From an uncultured Bacteroidales bacterium (GTDB taxonomy: Bacteria > Bacteroidota > Bacteroidia > Bacteroidales > UBA3824), in assembly GCA_946624925.1 (NCBI GenBank), contig CAMOSO010000040.1, positions 1,404 through 65,403 of the forward strand: a DNA stretch of 64,000 bases. The letters run 5' to 3'. The notes under the pieces are model-generated. The model saw nothing but the letters and a program-made list of their open reading frames with translations, searched no databases and was not told the DNA's origin. Position numbers and translations under genes: made by a program. Each line of letters begins with the position of its first letter. Position 1 is the stretch's first letter. Positions 57,344 through 64,000 of this stretch are shown in pieces.

Positions 57344-58351
57344 ATGTTGAAAATTTTTGGAAATATAACGTCTAATCGTCCGCCGGTGTGGCTGATGCGG
57401 CAGGCGGGAAGGGTGTTGCCACGGTATCGAAAATTGAGGGAAAATTACAGTTTTCGTGAACTGATGGAGACGCCGCAACTCGCTGCGGATGTTACACTTA
57501 TGCCAGTTGACGACCTCGGCGTGGACGCTGCAATCATTTTCAGCGACATACTCACCGTGCCGACGGCGTTAGGTATGGATATCGAATGGACTGACCACGG
57601 ACCAAAATTTCCACAGCCTTTGTGCGGCATCAATAATCCGTCGAAATTTCTAAAAATTCAGCCCGAAAAATTTGAACACGTTTACAAGGCAATCGACATT
57701 GTAGTCAAAAATAAAAAAGTGTCGCTTATTGGTTTTTGCGGTGCGCCGTTGACTACGTTATGCTATATGATTCAAGGAGTTAGTAGCAAACAAAATTTTC
57801 CTGAGGCGAAAAAGTTTTTTTATGAAAAACGCTCCGAAACTCAACAATTGTTGGAAATCGTAACCGAAATTTCTATCGATTACGCATTGAAACAAGTGGA
57901 GCACGGCATCAATATTTTCCAAATTTTTGAAAGTAACGCCGGCATCGTGCCGACCAATTTTTATGATGAAATGTTTTTGCCATCGGTAACGAAAATAAGC
58001 AATGCAGTGCGCTCCAAGGGCGTTCCCGTGATATTTTTCCCGAAAGGAATTGGTTGCGGACTGAGGATGATAACGCCCGAAGTATGCGACGTTGCCGGAA
58101 TTGATTGGCAGACAAGCATTTGGGATGCGCGACAATTGGTGCATAAAGATGTTGCGTTGCAGGGAAATTTTGACCCGCACTTGCTGTTTGCGCCGCAGAA
58201 AATAATTGCTGCCGAAGTGGAAAAATACAGAAAATTTTTCGCCGAAAATCCCGATTGGATTGCAAATTTGGGACACGGAGTTTTGGCGGAAACTCCATTT
58301 GAAAACGTAAAATATTTTATTCAATGCATTCAACAATATGATACAATATAA
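57344..58351 (+). CDS. hemE: Uroporphyrinogen decarboxylase
   Basis: 335 aa with the PPVWLMRQAGRVLPRY signature. Confidence 0.93.
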   Translation: MLKIFGNITSNRPPVWLMRQAGRVLPRYRKLRENYSFRELMETPQLAADVTLMPVDDLGVDAAIIFSDILTVPTALGMDIEWTDHGPKFPQPLCGINNPSKFLKIQPEKFEHVYKAIDIVVKNKKVSLIGFCGAPLTTLCYMIQGVSSKQNFPEAKKFFYEKRSETQQLLEIVTEISIDYALKQVEHGINIFQIFESNAGIVPTNFYDEMFLPSVTKISNAVRSKGVPVIFFPKGIGCGLRMITPEVCDVAGIDWQTSIWDARQLVHKDVALQGNFDPHLLFAPQKIIAAEVEKYRKFFAENPDWIANLGHGVLAETPFENVKYFIQCIQQYDTI

Positions 58352-59231
58352 GTCTATAAATCATCAGAATACGTCTCTCGACGACCGCGAAAAATTCTTC
58401 AAAGAATTTAACCGCGACGGCGTGGGGCCATCGGTATTTTTGCAGACTTGCAACCGTGTAGAGCTTTATTATGGCGACGGCGACATCCCCGACGATGTTG
58501 CGCGTCATTTGTTTCGCGTGGTGTGCGGTTTGGAATCGGCGATTACTGGCGAAAAAGCCGTGCAGGGACAGGTGAAAGATGCTTATTTGGAGGCGAGAAA
58601 CAGTCAAAAGCTGCCTACGCCGATGCACAAATTGTTTGAAAGCGCGTTGCAAATCGGCAAGCGTGTGCGCAATGAAACCGAAATTTCGCATGGCGCGGTA
58701 AGCCACTCGTTGGCGGCAATCGAGATTATCGAACAGGAAAAAATCGACCTCCAAAATGCAAGGATTACCATCATCGGCGTCAACAAATTGACAGCCGACA
58801 TCATCAAATTTTTACATAACAAGGGTGCAAAACTCGTTTTCCTCGCCAATAGAACCGAAGAAAAGGCGCGCAAAATGGCGCAACCGTTTGGCATTGAGGT
58901 CTTTGCGCTTGAAGACAAGGCAACCTTTATGCGCGATACAGATATATTAATAAGTGCGACATCCGCGCCTAATTCAATTATCTGTAAGTCAGACATTAAC
59001 CCAAAACATCGACTTCTCGCGATAGATCTTGCGTTCCCTCGCGATATTGAACCTGATGTTACTGAAATAGAGGGCGTTAGGCTCTACAATCTTCATGACG
59101 TGGAACAAAAGGTGAAGGACAACATCTCAATTCGTGAAGATGAAGTGAAAAAAGCCGAGGCTTTGATTGAAGAGGAAATTGCTGAGTTGCAAGGAATTAT
59201 GGAGCGTAGAAAATTATTTGTAAATAAATAA
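58338..59231 (+). CDS. hemA: Glutamyl-tRNA reductase, compact form lacking the C-terminal dimerisation domain
   Basis: 297 aa with the LQTCNRVELYY active-site Cys, GEKAVQGQVK, and a Rossmann region ITIIGVNKLT...ANRT...ISATSAP...DLAFPRDIEP. It ends about 100 aa earlier than E. coli HemA, by my eye alignment. Confidence 0.8.
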   Translation: MIQYKSINHQNTSLDDREKFFKEFNRDGVGPSVFLQTCNRVELYYGDGDIPDDVARHLFRVVCGLESAITGEKAVQGQVKDAYLEARNSQKLPTPMHKLFESALQIGKRVRNETEISHGAVSHSLAAIEIIEQEKIDLQNARITIIGVNKLTADIIKFLHNKGAKLVFLANRTEEKARKMAQPFGIEVFALEDKATFMRDTDILISATSAPNSIICKSDINPKHRLLAIDLAFPRDIEPDVTEIEGVRLYNLHDVEQKVKDNISIREDEVKKAEALIEEEIAELQGIMERRKLFVNK

Positions 59232-59296
59232 TCAAAAAAATTTGGTTTTGTACGCTTTTTGTGTAATTTTGTGGAAAATATTAATTACGAGAGATT

Positions 59297-61168
59297 ATGG
59301 CACAAGACAATATGACCGCAAAACGCAAAATGAACCTGATACTCATTACATTTGGTATCGGGGCTATCATTGTGATGGTAGTTACACTCGGATTTATAAT
59401 GCAAACTTTGCTTGGCAATAGCATTGAGCAAAATGTAAAATCCGACCTCAAAGGCTTCACAGACAAGCAAAACGCCTACAATTATGCTTTCTCGTTGAGC
59501 AACAATCAGATGCTCAGCACGGTGGAAACGCATTTTGAAATTAAAGGAGGACTGCAAATCACCGACGAAACTATGACCATAGGCTCCACTGAAACCAAGG
59601 TCTGGCGTATTGGCGACGAAATCATCAATCTTAATAACGATTTGATTATCAAGCTTGTATCGGCAGCAAGAAATAATCATTTTAGTGTCTATCAAAAGAC
59701 TCCGTCCGGCTACGTTGTGATTGCAACGTCCATCAAGAAAAATGGAGAGTACATAAATGGTTCTATCCTAAGCGACAAAAACGTCGTGGATTTAATGGAG
59801 CGTCGTGAGGTGTTTTACGATCGCACTTTTATAGAGAATGTCGGTTACGTTGGTACATTTAAACCGTTGATAATCAACGGTGAATTGATTGGAGCTTGCT
59901 TTACAGGACAGGACGAGGCTACCATCAGTCAAGAGGAAAATGCATTTTCGTCAGCCACTTTCCTTATTCATGGTTTTACGTTGTGGACCAAAGATCCCAA
60001 TTTTTGCTACGTTGTTCCCGAAGACAAAAAGAAGGATTGGTCGAAGATGCCCGACGATGTTTATGCAGAAATGACCAAACATAAGGACGGCGAGGTTCAT
60101 AAGATTAATTTCAAATATCTCGGTACAGACTACGAAATGATGTATTTGTACAATGCGCCGATATATTCTTATTTGCAATTTGTGTTTCCGGTTTCAGACA
60201 AATACTCGTCGGCACCGGCTGCCGTAACTCCTATGGCATTGGCAGTTGCAGTCATTATTATAATGCTGATTATAGCCACCAACCGCCTTTTGAATAAGAT
60301 AATCAAGGACGTAGGCGGCGAGCCGAAATTTGTAAAGGTAACAGTTGACAAAATTGCAAGCGGAGATATGACCGACTCAGATTCGCCTGCAGCAAAGAAA
60401 TCCACAGGCATCCTCCGTTCGGTATATACCATGGCAGAGAATCTGAAGGACATTTTGCAGAAGATTTACGACGGTGCCAACCAATTGCAAGTGTCGAGCT
60501 CCGAAATCAACAAAACCACGCAAACTCTCTCGCAAAACGCTAATGTTCAGGCTTCTAACGCTGACAATATTGTGTCGTCGATGTCGTTGATAGGCGAGGA
60601 AATCCGTACTAATGCTGAGATGACTTCCAAGGCAAGCAAGATTACGCACAAGGTAATGGACGACATCGATACCATCAAAGATGCTCAAGAAAAAAGTTAC
60701 AAGGCTGTTAAGGACATTTCTGAAAAAATCGATATTATCAACGATATTGCTTTCCAGACCAACATTTTGGCACTTAATGCAGCTGTTGAAGCAGCCCGCG
60801 CTGGCGAGCATGGAAAGGGTTTTGCCGTGGTTGCCGCCGAAATTCGCAAACTTGCCGAAAAGAGCAAAAATTCTGCAAATGACATCATTGCTGGAGCAAA
60901 GACCAGCGTGGATGCTACTGCAAAATCTACCGAACTGATCAACAATATTTTGCCCGACATCAACGAGTGCGCCTCGCTTATTGAAATGGTGGAAATGTCG
61001 GCAGACAATCAAAATAATACGATTCAATCTATTGATATGTCTATCAAGGAGTTGAACTCGTCGATCCAAGGCAATGCCGCGGCAAGTGAGGAACTCGCCG
61101 TAAGCGCACAGGAACTCAATAGTCAGGCAGATGGTTTCAGAAACAGCGCGGGTGTATTTAGGTTTTAA
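59297..61168 (+). CDS. Methyl-accepting chemotaxis protein with a Cache-type (Cache_3-Cache_2-like) sensor domain
   Basis: 623 aa with TM, ~290-aa extracytoplasmic domain, TM, and the signalling hairpin [44 protein letters not shown]. Confidence 0.88.
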   Translation: MAQDNMTAKRKMNLILITFGIGAIIVMVVTLGFIMQTLLGNSIEQNVKSDLKGFTDKQNAYNYAFSLSNNQMLSTVETHFEIKGGLQITDETMTIGSTETKVWRIGDEIINLNNDLIIKLVSAARNNHFSVYQKTPSGYVVIATSIKKNGEYINGSILSDKNVVDLMERREVFYDRTFIENVGYVGTFKPLIINGELIGACFTGQDEATISQEENAFSSATFLIHGFTLWTKDPNFCYVVPEDKKKDWSKMPDDVYAEMTKHKDGEVHKINFKYLGTDYEMMYLYNAPIYSYLQFVFPVSDKYSSAPAAVTPMALAVAVIIIMLIIATNRLLNKIIKDVGGEPKFVKVTVDKIASGDMTDSDSPAAKKSTGILRSVYTMAENLKDILQKIYDGANQLQVSSSEINKTTQTLSQNANVQASNADNIVSSMSLIGEEIRTNAEMTSKASKITHKVMDDIDTIKDAQEKSYKAVKDISEKIDIINDIAFQTNILALNAAVEAARAGEHGKGFAVVAAEIRKLAEKSKNSANDIIAGAKTSVDATAKSTELINNILPDINECASLIEMVEMSADNQNNTIQSIDMSIKELNSSIQGNAAASEELAVSAQELNSQADGFRNSAGVFRF

Positions 61169-61189
61169 ATAACTGCAAATTATAATGTT

Positions 61190-62134
61190 ATGAAAAAAAT
61201 ATTTGTGGTTTTGTCGTTGTTTTTGACGGCGTGTGGCGGCAATCAGAACGCCTCAGACAGCACTTTGAAGGGCGAGGTAAAAATTTCGGGAGCATACGCG
61301 CTCTACCCACTTGCAACGGAATGGGCGGACGATTTTCAAAAACTTCATCCGGGCGTCAAAGTTGATGTTCAGGCTGGCGGCGCGGGCAAAGGAATCACCG
61401 ACGCAATGTCAAAGGCGGTGGATTTTGGCATGGTATCGAGGTCGCTTTTCAAATCCGAAATCGACAAGGGCGCAATTGGTTTTCCAGTAGCGAAAGACGC
61501 TGTGGTTGCGACAGTTAACGCCAATAATCCCGCAATTAAAGACATTTTGGCGCACGGAATTTCGGTGGAAGACGCCAAGAAAATTTGGATTACGGGCGAA
61601 GCAAAAGTTTGGGGCGACATCCTCGGCAACGGCGACCAAACAGTCATCAACGTCTATACGCGAGCCGATGCGTGTGGCGCGGCTTCTACGTGGGCGGAGT
61701 GGTTTGGCAAAAAACAGGAAGACCTCCTCGGCACCAAAGTACACTCAGATCCGGGAGTTGTAGCCGCAATTCAAAAGGACGTCAACGGTATAGGAATCAA
61801 CAACATAGGCTATGCCTACGACATCAAAACACGCCAACCTTCAGAAGGTATTTTGGTAGTGCCAATCGACATCAACAACGACGGCACAATCGCAGCCGAC
61901 GAGGATTTTTACAGCACCAAAAATGATGTAACCAACGCCATCGCACAAGACAAATTTCCATCGCCACCGGCAAGAGATTTGTTGTTGGTTTCCAATGGAT
62001 TACCGACCAACGAAGCCGCAATTGAATTTTTGAAATACGTGCTCTCAAAGGACGGTCAACAAAAAAATATCGACGATGGTTACATCACAATGCCCGAAGA
62101 AAAAATTAAGAAAACTTTGGATTTACTGAAATAA
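61190..62134 (+). CDS. PstS-family phosphate-binding lipoprotein
   Basis: 314 aa with lipobox LTACGG, and GAGKGITD and RADACGA motifs of type-2 periplasmic binding proteins. No pstCAB genes are adjacent. Confidence 0.8.
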   Translation: MKKIFVVLSLFLTACGGNQNASDSTLKGEVKISGAYALYPLATEWADDFQKLHPGVKVDVQAGGAGKGITDAMSKAVDFGMVSRSLFKSEIDKGAIGFPVAKDAVVATVNANNPAIKDILAHGISVEDAKKIWITGEAKVWGDILGNGDQTVINVYTRADACGAASTWAEWFGKKQEDLLGTKVHSDPGVVAAIQKDVNGIGINNIGYAYDIKTRQPSEGILVVPIDINNDGTIAADEDFYSTKNDVTNAIAQDKFPSPPARDLLLVSNGLPTNEAAIEFLKYVLSKDGQQKNIDDGYITMPEEKIKKTLDLLK

Positions 62135-62141
62135 TCGTAAT

Positions 62142-63011
62142 CTAATACGGCAGGTGCATGCCGCTCATTATCAAGCCGTTTTGCTTGGCGTACTCCAAAA
62201 TTCTCTTGCGCGAAGCGACGGCTTTTTCCTTGTCGCCATCAAAATTGGCGCAATACTCGGGATGCGGCAATTGCAACGCCATCGCGTGCATCAAGTCGCC
62301 GACAATCAGCAAGTTGCCTTTTTTAAATGCTGTGTGTCCGGGCGTGTGTCCCACGGCGTCAATCGCCAAGACATCTTCGGGCAGACGGTCGCCAAAATTG
62401 AAGATGTGCAGCTTGTCGGCGTACTTTTCCGACATCTTGACAGCCTGTTCGCCCTTGCCGAGGTCGGATTCCTTCTCCAAACGCGAAACATACACCTCAG
62501 CCTTGGTGAAAACTTTTTCGCCCTCGGGTGTCAACATTCCGCCGATGTGGTCGCCGTGAAAATGCGTAATGTACACATAATCAACTTGTTCAGGCGTAAC
62601 GCCAACTTTTGAAAGTTCGTTCAAGAGTTGACCGTTTGCCTTCTGACCAAGACCTGCATCGAAGAGGATATTTTTGCCGTTAGTCTTTATGAGATAGGCA
62701 CTTATGGACGACGGCATACCATCGGGCATATTGACCTCTTTTTTGATGTCGTCAGCAACATTTCCGAACAAATCAAACGGAAATTTGCGTTCGCCATCGT
62801 TGTCTTTGAGCCAATAGACAGTGAAACCGTCAAAGGCCTTCTCCTTAGCGTCAAGAAACTTGTAATCAGATACTTGCGACGAGGCATTGCAACAATCGGC
62901 AGCCGCATTTTGGTCGCATTTGGTGGCATTAGGAGCGTTGTTTTGAGCGTTGCCACCACAACTTGCGATAGTCAATGCAACCATCGCAATTGGAAACAGT
63001 TTTTTTATCAT
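62142..63011 (-). CDS. Secreted MBL-fold metallo-hydrolase (lipoprotein)
   Basis: The ATG at 63011 gives MIKKLFPIAMVALTIASCGG (lipobox), with an HFHGDHIGG metal-binding motif. The track N-terminal extension is non-coding. Confidence 0.8.
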   Translation of the reverse strand: MIKKLFPIAMVALTIASCGGNAQNNAPNATKCDQNAAADCCNASSQVSDYKFLDAKEKAFDGFTVYWLKDNDGERKFPFDLFGNVADDIKKEVNMPDGMPSSISAYLIKTNGKNILFDAGLGQKANGQLLNELSKVGVTPEQVDYVYITHFHGDHIGGMLTPEGEKVFTKAEVYVSRLEKESDLGKGEQAVKMSEKYADKLHIFNFGDRLPEDVLAIDAVGHTPGHTAFKKGNLLIVGDLMHAMALQLPHPEYCANFDGDKEKAVASRKRILEYAKQNGLIMSGMHLPY

Positions 63012-63104
63012 TTTTTTTGAAATTAATTGTTTAAAAACTCGTAAAATTAGACTTCTGAACGTCGCAAAAGTAAAAACATATTCATCAAATTCCAAAAAAA
63101 TCCT

Positions 63105-63112
63105 TACCTTTG
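63105..63112 (+). promoter_or_regulatory. -7 box TACCTTTG upstream of hemC
   Basis: Exact TAnnTTTG 21 nt upstream of the ATG at 63133. Confidence 0.45.
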
Positions 63113-63132
63113 CACTGCAAAACAATTTGATT

Positions 63133-63789
63133 ATGAACACCCAAAACAATATAATCCGCATCATTGCCCGCGAGAGCCGCCTCTCAAAAATTCAGGTGGA
63201 GGAATTTTTGCAGAAGTTCCCCGAAGTGAAATTTGAGGTAGAATATATTTCGTCATTTGGCGACAAAAACCAAAAAATTTCACTCCTGAACGGCGAGGCT
63301 CCCGACGATATGTTTACACGCGAACTCGACCGCGCAATCCTCGACCGCCGCGCCGACATCGCCGTACATTCCGCAAAAGATTTGCCTACGCAACTCGCTG
63401 ACGGTCTTAAAGTTGTGGCTTTGTACGAGGCTTTTGACAAGACAGATTCGTTAGTGAGCCGCAATCATATAAAACTCGCCGACCTTCCCGCCGGCAGCCA
63501 AATCGGCACGAGTTCGCCGCTCAGGAAAAAAGAACTTCTTGCATTGCGCCCCGACATAGAAATAGTAGGCATCCGTGGCTGCATCGAAGACCGTGTAAAT
63601 CAAGTACGTAGAGGCAAAATTGATGCTGCAATTGTTGCAACTTGCGCACTCAAACGCCTTGGAATGGAATCGGAAATCACCGAAATCCTGCCCTTTGCCA
63701 CGCATCCGATGCAAGGCAGATTGGCGGTAACAGGACGTGCTGACAACGATTTGATTGTCAACATGTTTAGTCGTGGCTCGATATTATGA
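63133..63789 (+). CDS. hemC: Hydroxymethylbilane synthase (porphobilinogen deaminase) homologue, short form lacking domain 3
   Basis: 218 aa from the ATG at 63133, with IRIIARESRLS, ADIAVHSAKDLP, GTSSPLRK, RGCIEDR and AIVATCALKRLG collinear with HemC domains 1-2. It stops where domain 3 would begin, and the stop overlaps the hemD ATG. Confidence 0.75.
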   Translation: MNTQNNIIRIIARESRLSKIQVEEFLQKFPEVKFEVEYISSFGDKNQKISLLNGEAPDDMFTRELDRAILDRRADIAVHSAKDLPTQLADGLKVVALYEAFDKTDSLVSRNHIKLADLPAGSQIGTSSPLRKKELLALRPDIEIVGIRGCIEDRVNQVRRGKIDAAIVATCALKRLGMESEITEILPFATHPMQGRLAVTGRADNDLIVNMFSRGSIL

Positions 63790-64000
63790 AAACGCTTTAC
63801 ACAGGCGCAATTTGCCCAAATCCCGAATATCTGCACACGCCATTGATTGAGATTGTTGCCGTGGACGACGATACGGAATTAAAGGCGGCAATTTCTCAGT
63901 TGCAAACATTTGATTACTTGCTATTTACAAGCCGATTTGCAGTGAAATATTGGGCGTCTTCGGGCGGAGGATTTGACGTGGAAAAAATTGTTTCCATAGG
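63786..64000 (+). CDS. hemD: Uroporphyrinogen-III synthase, N-terminal fragment (continues right of the window)
   Basis: My translation is MKTLYTGAICPNPEYLHTPLIEIVAVDDDTELKAAISQLQTFDYLLFTSRFAVKYW. LLFTS.xAV is the typical HemD motif. It is not in the ORF track because it is truncated by the window edge. Confidence 0.7.
   Translation, partial: MKTLYTGAICPNPEYLHTPLIEIVAVDDDTELKAAISQLQTFDYLLFTSRFAVKYWASSGGGFDVEKIVSI

Noticed and set aside
1-64000. I looked for rRNA or tRNA genes, transposases, integrases, IS inverted repeats, prophage genes and a CRISPR array
   Set aside because: I found none. The intergenic gaps are short and contain only promoters, hairpins and the repeats listed. The CRISPR array and cas1/cas2, if present, must lie left of the window.

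Overview
The window looks like a 64-kb chromosomal segment from a Bacteroidota-type genome. This is an inference from recurrent TAnnTTTG -7 promoter boxes just upstream of genes, GT9/DUF4254-type LPS-core genes, and TPR-SpoIIE sensors. All calls rest on my own reading of the sequence and ORF track, with no searches run.

The left edge holds a visibly AT-rich defence island. It contains a cas9 gene that is missing from the ORF track because its frame runs off the window (minus strand, 3263 to 1; RuvC-I/II/III, bridge helix and HNH motifs all readable). Next to it are two tandem tracrRNA-like modules on the opposite strand, then an RloB-like Toprim plus AAA_21 ATPase pair. No cas1, cas2 or CRISPR array lies inside the window.

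The rest is mostly core and envelope genes:
- secA, nadC, recR, metH and ptb
- an LPS-core/glycan glycosyltransferase cluster
- a split haem cluster: hemN-hemY-hemE-hemA, then hemC-hemD

Several less ordinary elements are interspersed:
- four membrane sensor PP2C/SpoIIE phosphatases with no visible partner-switching targets
- an output-less Cache-HAMP-GAF-PAS sensor translationally coupled to a membrane acyltransferase
- an orphan methyl-accepting chemotaxis protein
- a lipoprotein of extreme composition paired with a FadL/PorV-like barrel
- a PIN toxin-antitoxin pair and an MNT/HEPN pair
- a strict 33-bp tandem palindromic array
- a 116-bp palindrome built from GATTAAAG units

The most interesting candidates are the duplicated tracrRNA-like locus, its physical interlock with the RloB/ATPase pair next to cas9, the 33-bp array, and the sensor-acyltransferase and lipoprotein-barrel operons. 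I saw no rRNA, tRNA, transposase or integrase.
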